64,000 nucleotides of DNA from Ignavibacteriales bacterium (GTDB lineage Bacteria > Bacteroidota > Ignavibacteria > UBA10030 > UBA8401). Below, in pieces: positions 1-9,733 of the stretch. The position numbers and the translations under genes were made by a program. A model generated the notes under the pieces. The model saw nothing but the letters and a program-made list of their open reading frames with translations, ran no database searches and was not told the DNA's origin. Positions within the stretch are counted from its first letter, which is position 1; each line of letters opens with the position of its first letter. The stretch spans positions 92,820 through 156,819 of the forward strand of contig JBBINR010000002.1 in the NCBI GenBank assembly GCA_037443785.1. The letters are read 5' to 3'.

Positions 1-86
1 ATATTGTCGTCGACGAATTTTTCCAGACTCTTTACCACTTCAAACTGCGGTGAAGTAACAGTTAATTCGAATGGATTTTCTTTCAT
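1..86 (-). CDS. 5' fragment of a CDS running off the window edge, possibly acyl-ACP desaturase
   Basis: ATG at 86-84 opens MKENPFELTVTSPQFEVVKSLEKFVDDNI with no stop before base 1; the product guess rests only on recalled resemblance of EVVKSLEKFV to desaturase N-termini. Confidence 0.3.
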   Translation of the reverse strand, partial: MKENPFELTVTSPQFEVVKSLEKFVDDN

Positions 87-220
87 ACAATTTTTCCCCT
101 ATGATGTAAAGCGAATATGCAATACGTAAATATGCATAAACCACAACGGAGACTCAAGATAAATTTGTCTGAATTTAACACCCAAAAACGCATGCAAAAC
201 CACTCGAATTGGAAACAATG

Positions 221-760
221 TTACTTCTTAAAATTTTTCCACATCATGCTTTCTACCGGCTTTATGGTTCTGCCGTTATACTTTGCATTTTTCTTTTTAT
301 TATACAGCACTTCCACGTCACCTTCGACAACGAAGTAAATCAATTGTCCAATCGGCATCCCCGCATAGACACGTACCGGCTGCCGGACAGAAATTTCCAA
401 TGTCCATGTATTGCAAAAACCGACATCCCCTTTTCCCGCAGTGGCATGAATGTCAATTCCCAATCGTCCGATAGAGCTTTTTCCTTCAAGGAATGGAACG
501 TGACGATGGGTTTCGGTGTATTCTTCCGTAACGCCAAGGTATAGCTTGCTCGGAATCAACAGCGTTCCTTCTTTCGGAATTTCAAAATGCTTTACCTTAT
601 TATGAATTTTTGCATCAAGAATTTCATCTTCATACATGGCAAGATATTTTCCAAGGTGCACGTCGTAGCTGTTCGAGCCGAGAAATTTTCTGTTGAATGG
701 TTTAATCACGATCGAGCCTTGCTTCATCTCGTCGAGAATTTTTTTGTCGGAAAGAATCAT
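221..760 (-). CDS. dcd: dCTP deaminase
   Basis: MILSD start, SYDVHLG, EGKSSIGRLG, DVGFCNTWTLE, IGQLIYF and C-terminal KY motifs; 179 aa. Confidence 0.92.
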   Translation of the reverse strand: MILSDKKILDEMKQGSIVIKPFNRKFLGSNSYDVHLGKYLAMYEDEILDAKIHNKVKHFEIPKEGTLLIPSKLYLGVTEEYTETHRHVPFLEGKSSIGRLGIDIHATAGKGDVGFCNTWTLEISVRQPVRVYAGMPIGQLIYFVVEGDVEVLYNKKKNAKYNGRTIKPVESMMWKNFKK

Positions 761-855
761 AAATAAAAAGATTGATTTACGGAATGATGAAATCGGTAAA
801 GTAATATACGAAATTCGAAAAAAGGATCAATCCAAAGAAAAGATTTTTTCCGGAT

Positions 856-1212
856 TTATTTTCTTTCCGAATCGATGTGAAATTTATGGAACATCCGATG
901 AACGACAGGTCCAAAGATAATTCCGGCAATCAGAATTACCGCGAGTCCACTGTAGAGTGCATAGAGTCCTGCAAATATCTTTCCGGATTCCGTTTGTGGT
1001 TGTTCAAGGGGGCCCATGCCTGAAAGAAGCATTGCGGCATTGACAAATGCGTCAACCCAGGGAAGCTGTTCAAACCAATGATAACCTGCCATCCCGATAA
1101 ATAATGAGAGTGCAATAATTCCAAACCCTGCAAATGACGAGATGATCACCCGTCTCATAAAATGATGAAAAGGGAGGAGTGGTTCTTTGTGATGTTCAAA
1201 AAGTTTTTTCAT
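856..1212 (-). CDS. small two-TM ion-channel-like (Ion_trans_2-type) protein
   Basis: TM1, then WVDAFVNAAMLLSGMGP pore-helix-like segment, then GKIFAGLYAL TM2. Confidence 0.65.
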   Translation of the reverse strand: MKKLFEHHKEPLLPFHHFMRRVIISSFAGFGIIALSLFIGMAGYHWFEQLPWVDAFVNAAMLLSGMGPLEQPQTESGKIFAGLYALYSGLAVILIAGIIFGPVVHRMFHKFHIDSERK

Positions 1213-1272
1213 GGCGTTTATCAGGATAAAAAAGATCTTATGGGCAACATTTTATTGTTCTCTACGCCATCA

Positions 1273-1689
1273 TTATTTTTTTAGAGGGAGAAAAAAAATA
1301 ATGATCATACCAATCACCGCCGCAAGTTGTACAATAAATGTGGCATACGTAAATGAAGAAACATTTGCCCGATCGAGTGTCGCAACATAGAAGGCAAATA
1401 ATCCGAAAATAAGAATGTGTGCGATACGAAACCAGATCAGCGTAGCTCGATGGCGCAGCCGTTCCGGTTCAAAGAAGAAGAGATACATCACACTCATCAT
1501 AGAGAGAATGAGAGGAAGAACATATTTTTGGCCGGCGAGAAACGCAGGTAAATATTTCTCTTGGAATAATTCAAACGATGTCGTCAGCATGACGAGCGAC
1601 GTCACCGATGTAATACCAATATATCCGGCAGCAACAGTCTTTAAATACGTTTTCATATCTGCATGAATATATCGAATAATTGTTAACAA
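1273..1689 (-). CDS. hypothetical four-TM membrane protein
   Basis: four hydrophobic segments; true start may be the internal MKTY. Confidence 0.6.
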   Translation of the reverse strand: MLTIIRYIHADMKTYLKTVAAGYIGITSVTSLVMLTTSFELFQEKYLPAFLAGQKYVLPLILSMMSVMYLFFFEPERLRHRATLIWFRIAHILIFGLFAFYVATLDRANVSSFTYATFIVQLAAVIGMIIIFFLPLKK

Positions 1690-1741
1690 AGCATGACAGG
1701 GGAAGAATATTCGCTATGCCTTCTTCAACGGCGGGGAAAAC

Positions 1742-4099
1742 TTATTGTTGGTCGAGAATGGCGCGGGTAATAGTTAGAATTTCAGCAGCAGCATACGGTT
1801 TATACACGACTTGCTTGATTCCGGAGGCAAGAATTTCTTCTTGATAAGCAGGGTCTAAATATCCCGATACAATAATGAACCTGATTGCTTCACGTACTTC
1901 CTTAACTTGTTGATAGACTTCCTCTCCATTTAATTTTGGCAGGCCAAGGTCAGAGATGACAAGATTAATCGCATCTTTGTGTTCGAGAAATTTTTGCACT
2001 CCTTCCAGACCATCGGTTGCCGGGATAACATTATATCCCTTTGACGATAAGGTTGCGTGAAGAATATCCAGCATTTCTAATTCGTCTTCTATGATAAGAA
2101 TTGTTTCATGTCCGCCGAGAATATCATTGTGCGTCAGCATTCCATTTTCGGAGTCAATATTTTTCTGCTGACCGATCGGAAGATAGATATGAAACGTGGT
2201 TCCTTTCCCGAGTTCGCTTTCCACATCGATAATCCCGTCGTGTTTTGCGATCACTCCATATGCAACGGCTAATCCCAGTCCGGTGCCGACACCCTTTTCT
2301 TTTGTCGTAAAGAACGGATCGAAAATTCGATCCATCGTTTTTTTATCCATTCCGGTTCCGGTATCGCGGAGAGAAATGTGAATTTGGTGATCGATCGCAT
2401 TAAGACTATTTTCTTCTGTTCGGATGATAAGCATCCCGCCGGATGGCATGGCGTCACGGGCGTTCACGCAAATATTTAAAAACACTTGATGGAGCTGCGT
2501 TGAATCAGCATACAGCAATGGAAGATGAGGCGTGAATTCCGTGATGATTTCAATTTTCTTCGGAAGAATTTCTCCCAATAACTTTGCCAGCTCTTTCAAT
2601 TGTGAGTTGATATCGATCAGATCGAGCGAAGCAGAATTTTTTCGCGCGAATGTCAGGAGCTGTCGCACAATTGATGCACCTCGGTTTATAGTATTCTTCA
2701 TTGTTTCGTAGCTATTGGCAATTTTATGGGGTTTTATCGCTCCGGTTTGAAGCAGTGAAATATAGCCGAGCAGAATGCCAAGAATATTATTAAAATCGTG
2801 GGCAATGCCGCCGGCAAGCGTGCCGAGGCTTTCCAATTTTTGAGCTTGACGAAGTTCTTCTTCCAACTTTCTCCGTTCGGTCGTATCACGTGCAATGGCA
2901 AGTAAACGGAACGTTCCGTCGCTTTGATGTTGAACCGTTGCTGTCACTTCCATAAATATGTAATCGCCCTGTTTTTTTTTCATCCGGTATTCGGTCGGGG
3001 GGAGAGGTTTTCCCTGAATAGTTTCCCTGAAATTCTCAATCGCTTTATGTTGATCGTCACCGTGAATGAGATCAGTAAACGAGCGGCCAATCCACTCATG
3101 GCGGTTCCATCCGGTCAGCGTTTCAAACGAAGCGTTTAGGTTGGTAAAAATTCCGGAAGCAGAAAGAAGCAAGATGGCATCCCGTGCACTTTCAAATAAA
3201 TCGCGGTAATTTTCCAACGATTCTTTTAAACTCTCTTTGGCCAATTTGGTTTTGGTAATATCCGAAATAATCCCGTCGATGCGGCGTATGGATCCGGAGC
3301 TGCCGATATCGGCTCTGATTTTCAGGTCAATCCAGCGTACTTCCCCGGAGCGGTGAATAATACGGTACGTGCCGTTAATAATTCGTCCGTTATGCAAAGC
3401 CAGATAGGACACCGTAAGGTTCTCCTTATCTTCGGGATGAATCATCTCTTTCCAGAGGAAAGGGTTTTCAAAAAATTGCTCGACCGTATATCCATAAATT
3501 TTTTCACACGACGCCGAAACATTCAACATGGTGGTATTCGCGAGATCATACGAAAAAAACATTTCGTCCAAATTAAGAAAAAGATTCTGCAACTGGTCGT
3601 GAACCGTTTTTAATTCTTTTGCCGTATGCTCAAGTTCAAGATTTTTGCTTTCAAGTTTTTCGATCAGTCGTTTGCTGTATTGCCGGAGAACATGTTCCTC
3701 GGGAAGATTTTCGGGCAATGTTGCGGTGTGCGGCATTGAAGTGAAGGCCGCTGTCAGTGCTTCGAGAATTTTTTTTGACGGCGATGGTTTTGTTAAAAAA
3801 TTATTCGCGCCGATTTTGCGTGCAAAGTGCTCATCATTCGGCGACGTATAGGTTGCGGTATAGAAAATAAACGGGATCGAATTATACTGTGGATTTTTAC
3901 GCAGGGACATACAGAATGCATACCCGTCCATCTCAGGCATTAAAATGTCGGAGATAATTGCCTGTACGGAATGCTGTTCGAGCATTTTCATTGCGGCAAT
4001 GCCGTTTGACGCTTTGAGCACAGACATTTTTTCCGAAAGAAGCATCGCTTCGAGAAGTTTTAAATTAGTTGAATCGTCATCAACAATAAGAATGGTCAT
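1742..4099 (-). CDS. hybrid sensor kinase REC-PAS-PAS-HisKA-HATPase-REC
   Basis: ILIVDDD/DILMP receiver, two PAS/PAC (IHPED, RDTTER), AGGIAHDFNN H-box, DPFFTTK and GTGLGL, C-terminal receiver. Confidence 0.93.
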   Translation of the reverse strand: MTILIVDDDSTNLKLLEAMLLSEKMSVLKASNGIAAMKMLEQHSVQAIISDILMPEMDGYAFCMSLRKNPQYNSIPFIFYTATYTSPNDEHFARKIGANNFLTKPSPSKKILEALTAAFTSMPHTATLPENLPEEHVLRQYSKRLIEKLESKNLELEHTAKELKTVHDQLQNLFLNLDEMFFSYDLANTTMLNVSASCEKIYGYTVEQFFENPFLWKEMIHPEDKENLTVSYLALHNGRIINGTYRIIHRSGEVRWIDLKIRADIGSSGSIRRIDGIISDITKTKLAKESLKESLENYRDLFESARDAILLLSASGIFTNLNASFETLTGWNRHEWIGRSFTDLIHGDDQHKAIENFRETIQGKPLPPTEYRMKKKQGDYIFMEVTATVQHQSDGTFRLLAIARDTTERRKLEEELRQAQKLESLGTLAGGIAHDFNNILGILLGYISLLQTGAIKPHKIANSYETMKNTINRGASIVRQLLTFARKNSASLDLIDINSQLKELAKLLGEILPKKIEIITEFTPHLPLLYADSTQLHQVFLNICVNARDAMPSGGMLIIRTEENSLNAIDHQIHISLRDTGTGMDKKTMDRIFDPFFTTKEKGVGTGLGLAVAYGVIAKHDGIIDVESELGKGTTFHIYLPIGQQKNIDSENGMLTHNDILGGHETILIIEDELEMLDILHATLSSKGYNVIPATDGLEGVQKFLEHKDAINLVISDLGLPKLNGEEVYQQVKEVREAIRFIIVSGYLDPAYQEEILASGIKQVVYKPYAAAEILTITRAILDQQ

Positions 4100-4491
4100 G
4101 ACTGCGAATTTTTGTTTGATGTGCTGGATTCTAAGAATTGCCGTACGAGCACAGGAAGCGTATGAGTATCAATCGGCTTGGTAAGGTACCCGTCGCATCC
4201 TGCGCTCATCGCTTTTTCTTCATCGCCTGCCATTGCAAAGGATGTCACCGCAATGATTGGGATGTGACTGGTTTCGGGTTTGGACTTTAAAATCCGGGTT
4301 AATGTCAAACCATCCATACGCGGCAGTTGAATATCCATCAAAATCACGCCGGGCTGCCGGTCGATTATCACCGACAGGGCAGTTTCTGCATCTTCCGCAG
4401 AATACACGGTAAATCCTTCATACGACAGTACATCGCAAATCAATTTTAGATTGATATGATTATCATCCACAATGAAGACGGATTGCTTCAT
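4096..4491 (-). CDS. single-domain response regulator (DivK-like)
   Basis: IVDDN, ILMDIQLPRMDG, AVTSFAM, GCDGYLTKP; ATGA overlaps with both neighbours. Confidence 0.92.
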   Translation of the reverse strand: MKQSVFIVDDNHINLKLICDVLSYEGFTVYSAEDAETALSVIIDRQPGVILMDIQLPRMDGLTLTRILKSKPETSHIPIIAVTSFAMAGDEEKAMSAGCDGYLTKPIDTHTLPVLVRQFLESSTSNKNSQS

Positions 4492-6032
4492 GGCGTAATT
4501 ATTTCCCCAAACTGTTTTGGCAGCACGACAATAAAAACTGATCCTTTTCCAAACTCACTTTTTACCTGAATAAATCCCTGCTGCAACTCAACAAATTTTT
4601 TTGTTATCGCAAGTCCCAATCCTGTTCCTTCGAACTGCTTTGTCATTCCGGAATCAATCTGCTGAAATTCATTGAACAATTTCGGAATATCTTCCTTGCG
4701 AATGCCGATGCCGGTATCGCTTACCTGAATGCAAAATCGGTCTTCAGACCACGCACCGCCGCCGACGTGAACACTTCCGCCATGGTGAGTAAACTTTACA
4801 GCATTCGAAAGAAGATTATAGAGTACCTGTTTAAATTTTTGCTGATCGAGAGAAACAATATCCGGATCGATGGTTGTTTCAACAGTTACGGAAATATTTT
4901 TTTTCACCGCCGTCGGGTGAATAATGGAACAAACTTCGTCAATTGTTCGCTTGACAGAAAATTTTGTCGCCACGAACGATATTTTTCCGGCTTCAACCTT
5001 TGCCAGATCGAGAATATCATTGAGTAATTGCAGCAAATGTTTTCCGCTGGAAAGAATATCGAGCAAATATTCCTTTTGTTTTGCATTGAGCGGTCCGGGT
5101 TTTTCATCGACAAGAAATTCAGCAAATCCGATAATGCCATTCAACGGCGTCCGCAATTCGTGCGACATGTTAGCAAGAAACTCGCTTTTCAGCCGGGTTG
5201 TTTCCTGAATACGACGATTTTGTTCTTCCAACTCAAATCTGCGAAGTTCTTCCCGCTGCTTCCGTTCAGTAATATCGCGGATCAAACTAAAGACCAATGC
5301 TCCGTTGTCAGCGGGCATCGGACTCAAACTGATTTCAACAGGAAATTCCATTCCATCTTTTTTAACACCGTACAATTCAAGCCCCGATTTCAAGCCGCGC
5401 ACTTTCGGATGGGAAAAATATCCTTCACGCTGAATTACATGACGCTCCGAAAACCGTTTTGGAATTAACATTTCTACCGCATTCCCGAGAAGTTCGTGAC
5501 CCTTGTATCCGAACAGTTTTTCAGTTTGTGAATTGACAAGAACAATGTTTCCCTGTTGATCGACGATGACGACGGCATCCGGTACAGATTCGACGAGCGC
5601 ATGAAATTTTTCATCCGACTTTTTTCTTTCGCTGATATTGCGGATGGTGCTAAGCACGAAGATTTCATTGTTGATGTGTATGTGGTTCATGCAGATTTCA
5701 GCCGGAAATTCTGTTTTATCCGATCGGAGTCCGAACAGTTCCAACCCTGCTTCCATTGTTCGTTGATGCGGATGTTTAATATAGTCGGCTCGGTGTTTGG
5801 CGTAAGACATGCGAAAGCGTTCAGGAAGGAATAGATCAATCGTCATTCCAATAAAACTTTCTTTAGTGTAGCTAAATAGTTCCATTGCAAGGGTATTGGC
5901 CAGAATGATTTGGCCATTCCTGTCTGTTACCACCATCGCATCGGGCATGGCTTCCAGCAGGTTGTAAAACTGTTGATCAAAAATTCGTATTTCGTTGAAA
6001 GTATTCATAGGTAATATGGTGGAATGATTCAT
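4488..6032 (-). CDS. cytoplasmic PAS-PAS sensor histidine kinase
   Basis: two homologous PAS repeats (PDA...FPxEI), FLANMSHELRTPLN, NLLSNAVKFT, DTGIGI, GTGLGL. Confidence 0.93.
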   Translation of the reverse strand: MNHSTILPMNTFNEIRIFDQQFYNLLEAMPDAMVVTDRNGQIILANTLAMELFSYTKESFIGMTIDLFLPERFRMSYAKHRADYIKHPHQRTMEAGLELFGLRSDKTEFPAEICMNHIHINNEIFVLSTIRNISERKKSDEKFHALVESVPDAVVIVDQQGNIVLVNSQTEKLFGYKGHELLGNAVEMLIPKRFSERHVIQREGYFSHPKVRGLKSGLELYGVKKDGMEFPVEISLSPMPADNGALVFSLIRDITERKQREELRRFELEEQNRRIQETTRLKSEFLANMSHELRTPLNGIIGFAEFLVDEKPGPLNAKQKEYLLDILSSGKHLLQLLNDILDLAKVEAGKISFVATKFSVKRTIDEVCSIIHPTAVKKNISVTVETTIDPDIVSLDQQKFKQVLYNLLSNAVKFTHHGGSVHVGGGAWSEDRFCIQVSDTGIGIRKEDIPKLFNEFQQIDSGMTKQFEGTGLGLAITKKFVELQQGFIQVKSEFGKGSVFIVVLPKQFGEIITP

Positions 6033-6152
6033 TCAACGTAAGAGTAATGAATCGGAAGGAGAAATTGATTCCGAATAAGAAAAAAATTTGCCCCATGTTC
6101 GCCGCCATCAAACATTTTTTCCCTCGTTGTTGCGGGAAAGGTTAGGAAGTTG

Positions 6153-6857
6153 CTATACCGCAGCGTGTTCAGTCAACTGCCACCGAAACCCCAGTGTAGG
6201 AACAATCATACTGAATTCCATGAAATCAATCGGTTTCGAAATAAATGCTTTTACCCCAAGTTCAACACACGCTTTATAATCTTGGTCTGACCGGGATGAG
6301 GTCAAAATCACAATCGGAATAGAGCGCGTTTTTTCGTGTTTCCGAGTCTCTTTTAAGAATTCTATACCGCTCATTCCCGGAAGTGTAAGGTCCAAAAGGA
6401 TCAATTTCGGATTACCCGCTTTTTCACGCGAAGAAAATTTTCCTTGTGCAAAAAGATAGTCGAGTGTTTCTTCCGCGGTTCGGGTGACAAAAATCGGATT
6501 GGTGACGCCGTTTCGTTCGATGGCATTCAACGTCAATTCAACGTGTGAAGGATTGTCCTCTACAAGAAGAATATCGAAAGGAGAAAAGATCGGCTGTACA
6601 GCTTTTGATATTGGTTCGGATCGCTTTTCTATTTTTAAAAATAAATCTGCAAGAGGAATTTCCAGTGCTTCTGCAAGGCGGGAGATGCTTTTCAATGTAA
6701 TGTTTCGGTGGCCGCCTTCAATATCGGTAATGTATGTTCGATGAAGGCCGGATCGTTCGGCGAGTTTTTCCTGGGAATACCCCAATAATTCCCGTTGATC
6801 TTTTAATTCAAGCCCAAGACTTGCCAATAATTTTTTTATGTCTGATGATTCTTTCAT
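6153..6857 (-). CDS. XRE/C-protein-like HTH fused to a C-terminal Rcp1-type receiver domain
   Basis: SQEKLAERSGLHRTYITDIEGGHRNITL HTH; ILLVEDN, LILLDLTLP, ILTSS and FISKP receiver motifs. Confidence 0.88.
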   Translation of the reverse strand: MKESSDIKKLLASLGLELKDQRELLGYSQEKLAERSGLHRTYITDIEGGHRNITLKSISRLAEALEIPLADLFLKIEKRSEPISKAVQPIFSPFDILLVEDNPSHVELTLNAIERNGVTNPIFVTRTAEETLDYLFAQGKFSSREKAGNPKLILLDLTLPGMSGIEFLKETRKHEKTRSIPIVILTSSRSDQDYKACVELGVKAFISKPIDFMEFSMIVPTLGFRWQLTEHAAV

Positions 6858-6879
6858 GTGTGAAAATAATTCTATTCGT

Positions 6880-6909
6880 ATACAATAATCTACAGACTAT
6901 GAGTGACAT
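6880..6909 (-). promoter_or_regulatory. C-box-like operator of the HTH-receiver gene
   Basis: minus strand reads ATGT-CACT-CAT-AGTC-TGTA-GATT-ATT-GTAT, 22 nt upstream of the ATG; fits the recalled C-box consensus GACT-n3-AGTC-TGTA-GACT-n3-AGTC; -10-like TAGAAT at 6874-6869. Confidence 0.65.
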
Positions 6910-7154
6910 GCCGGAGATAAAAGAAAAAAAATAGATGTGCTGGACAGACGGAGATTTTTATAAAAGAAAGATTACCGATTTCCAAACAGCACAGTATGTT
7001 TTCTCCCTCCTCATCAGTAATGTCGTTTAAACTAAAATGCTTGTGTGCAAAAGTCAAGCAGAAAAACCATTTTTGCAAATCATTTTTCAAAAATTAGCGA
7101 CCATGGCAAGGTGATGACACATTAACGGAAGAAAAATATTACATTATCTTTCAA

Positions 7155-7376
7155 ATGAACGAACAACCGAACAATCCGTTGCATGGCATGACACTTGAAA
7201 TGATCCTTCATCATCTCGTTGACCATTATGGCTGGGAAAAATTAGGAATCATCATACGCATACGATGTTTTAACGAAAATCCAAGCGTCTCATCCAGCTT
7301 AAAATTTCTCCGTAAAACCCCGTGGGCACGGAAAAAAGTCGAAGAGTTATACTGTAAAACGATTGATAAATCATAA
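7155..7376 (+). CDS. VF530/DUF2132 family small DNA-binding protein
   Basis: [10 protein letters not shown]...YGW...[25 protein letters not shown] signature. Confidence 0.88.
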   Translation: MNEQPNNPLHGMTLEMILHHLVDHYGWEKLGIIIRIRCFNENPSVSSSLKFLRKTPWARKKVEELYCKTIDKS

Positions 7377-7416
7377 TTACATGCTTTTTTTAATTTTCAA
7401 TGGAAAGTACCTCGCT

Positions 7417-7743
7417 ATGAAACTGAATTCACTTTCTGATTTGCAGCAGCTTCTTCCGGAATCCGAGCGAAAAAAACAATCTGAATCCATGCCGAAAAAG
7501 GAACACGATGGAAAAGGAAAATCCATTCATATCTACTTAGATACAACGGGACGAAAAGGGAAAAACGTTACTATTGTTTCCGGATTGCAGCATAATCCTG
7601 CCACGATGGAAGAGATTGCCCGAATACTCAAACAGTACTGCGGTGCCGGTGGAACAGTGAAAGGGGGAGACATCGAAATCCAAGGGGATCAGCGGAAACG
7701 AATTGAAGAAAAAATGCGCAAGATGAATTATGATATTCGATGA
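7417..7743 (+). CDS. yciH: translation initiation factor SUI1/YciH family protein
   Basis: GRKGKNVT, LKQYCGAGGTVK and IEIQGDQR motifs; start re-called to ATG 7417. Confidence 0.88.
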   Translation: MKLNSLSDLQQLLPESERKKQSESMPKKEHDGKGKSIHIYLDTTGRKGKNVTIVSGLQHNPATMEEIARILKQYCGAGGTVKGGDIEIQGDQRKRIEEKMRKMNYDIR

Positions 7744-7802
7744 AAAATCTCGAAGATAGAAATTTTCAATGAACACTTGCCGTTTTTGATGAAAATTGGA
7801 GC

Positions 7803-7831
7803 TTGATTTCAAAAAAAAATCACGGTAGCTT
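7803..7831 (+). promoter_or_regulatory. putative sigma70 promoter with A9 in the spacer
   Basis: TTGATT-17 nt-TAGCTT. Confidence 0.4.
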
Positions 7832-8100
7832 TGTACAGACAGCAGAGTGAGTTTTACTCTCTCTAACAACCCTCACACTCCGATTTTCACGCGAGCCTTG
7901 TTAGCTCTCATGTTGGTGGTATTCATAGAGGATTCACAACACACGAGCGTTCGGTAAACAACACAGTAAAATTTTTTAATTTATTTTTGTTCTGTAAAAT
8001 ATGTCTTTACTCAAGTAACGGCGGTGATTGTGTGTCTTCTTCCTCATGACTGACGGAACTTTGTTGAACGAAGTGAAGTTGCAAAGAAAGGAGGTCGACA

Positions 8101-8667
8101 ATGATATATGATCCTATGGCAACAGTATTGGAAGGAACAGATGTTCCTTCGGCTGTCGACACACTTCTTTCACATCTCTATAGCGACGACGGCGCCACGA
8201 GAAAACAAGCACGCGAAATTTTGGTAAAGATTGGCAAAAGCGTTGTCCCTAAATTGATCCCTTTGGTTTCACACCCGGAGGAACATGTTCGATGGGAAGC
8301 ATGCAAGACGCTCGAAAAAATAAGGGACCCGCGTGCGGCAAAAGCGCTTGCTGCCGCATTGCTCGACGACGATATGGATGTTCGGTGGGTTGCTGCCGAT
8401 GCGATCATTGAATTGGAACGCGAAGCGATTGAGCCCGTTCTGGAAATGATAGAGGAACATTTTGATTCTGTGCTGCTGCGTGAAGCAGCCCACCATGTTT
8501 TGTATTCTTTGATGCAGGCCAAATTATTAGATGAAAAATCGGAAGTGGTCATGCACGCATTAACAAATTTTGAGCTGCCGACAAAAGCGGCATTTGCAGC
8601 GATCATCGCGCTCGATTATTTACGCTCCGGAAGGGAGCACCGCAAAAAAATGGCGTTGGTTTTCTGA
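8101..8667 (+). CDS. HEAT-repeat protein
   Basis: repeats VRWEACKTLEKI and VRWVAADAIIEL; SD AAGGAGG upstream. Confidence 0.85.
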   Translation: MIYDPMATVLEGTDVPSAVDTLLSHLYSDDGATRKQAREILVKIGKSVVPKLIPLVSHPEEHVRWEACKTLEKIRDPRAAKALAAALLDDDMDVRWVAADAIIELEREAIEPVLEMIEEHFDSVLLREAAHHVLYSLMQAKLLDEKSEVVMHALTNFELPTKAAFAAIIALDYLRSGREHRKKMALVF

Positions 8668-8704
8668 TGTTGGTTCGATTTCCATCCTTCCGAAATCTGT
8701 GAAG

Positions 8705-8733
8705 CGCCCGATGTCATCGGGCGTTTTCTTTTT
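8705..8733 (+). terminator. intrinsic terminator
   Basis: CGCCCGAT-gtc-ATCGGGCG followed by TTTTCTTTTT. Confidence 0.75.
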
Positions 8734-8820
8734 CTTATCAAAAAATATGTCGTGTCATTTGAAATTGACCGCATCATTCAGTAGATTTTTCCAGACCAAT
8801 TTTTCATTACTATTTATTTT

Positions 8821-9234
8821 ATGACATCCTCTGCCCGGTTGATGTGCGGTATTATTCTTTTAATCATTCCATTGATTCCGTTGGCAGATTCTCTCTTCCT
8901 TTCGTTCCTGAAAAGGAAAAATAAAACCCCCTTTACCGACTTTCAAAAAACAATGTTTCGTACCGGCCGCGACCATGCAGGAATATTTATTATTCTGTCT
9001 TTGATGGGACAAATTCTTATCGACGAAGCAGCCGTGAATATTATTTTTGAATGGATCATGCGGGTTGGATTTGTACTTGCGGCACTGTTGATTGCAAGCG
9101 GATTTTTTGCCGCCGCAATGGATGATAGCGCGCAAAAGCCTAATAAACTTATTGTAATTCGTTACGCAGGGTCCGGAATATTGATGGCATCATTGTTTCT
9201 GCTGGGAATTGGATTATTGATGAAAGCCCAGTAA
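8821..9234 (+). CDS. conserved four-TM hypothetical membrane protein
   Basis: hydrophobic pattern and FQKTMFRTGRDHAG, resembling a recalled FRAGHAHAG family. Confidence 0.65.
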   Translation: MTSSARLMCGIILLIIPLIPLADSLFLSFLKRKNKTPFTDFQKTMFRTGRDHAGIFIILSLMGQILIDEAAVNIIFEWIMRVGFVLAALLIASGFFAAAMDDSAQKPNKLIVIRYAGSGILMASLFLLGIGLLMKAQ

Positions 9235-9323
9235 TATCAGCAATGCATTGATCTACCAAACTTGTCCATGTCGTGCAAAATTGCTTTTATGAATCAAACT
9301 TTTATTCACAAAAAAATACTCTT

Positions 9324-9683
9324 ATGCCAGTTCTAGCAAAAATATTTGTCACCTTAGTAGCACTTGAACATATTTACATTCTTTGGTTAGAAATGTTTGT
9401 CTGGACAACTGTCGGAAGGAGGGTCTTCACATCGCTTCCTTCTGATATGTTTGAGAAGACAAGAACGTTTGCAGCAAACCAAGGATTGTACAACGGTTTT
9501 CTTGCTGCCGGATTGATCTGGGCATTACTAATTCAAGATGCAATCTGGTCCAAAAATGTCGCACTCTTTTTTATTTGTTGCGTTGTTGTGGCAGGGATCT
9601 ACGGCGGGCTTACGGCCACGAAATCAATATTTTATAAGCAGGCACTTCCGGCGATTCTTGCATTGGCTGTATTGCTGTTATGA
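9324..9683 (+). CDS. DUF1304 family membrane protein
   Basis: VALEHIYILWLEMF and AANQGLYNGFLAAGL signature; start re-called to ATG 9324. Confidence 0.9.
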   Translation: MPVLAKIFVTLVALEHIYILWLEMFVWTTVGRRVFTSLPSDMFEKTRTFAANQGLYNGFLAAGLIWALLIQDAIWSKNVALFFICCVVVAGIYGGLTATKSIFYKQALPAILALAVLLL

Positions 9684-9696
9684 TTGAAAATTAAGC

Positions 9697-9729
9697 TGCA
9701 GCAGAACAGCAGTTCACTGTTCTGCTGCA
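9697..9729. terminator. 13-bp hairpin between convergent genes (probable bidirectional terminator)
   Basis: TGCAGCAGAACAG-7 nt-CTGTTCTGCTGCA. Confidence 0.65.
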
Positions 9730-9733
9730 AAAG

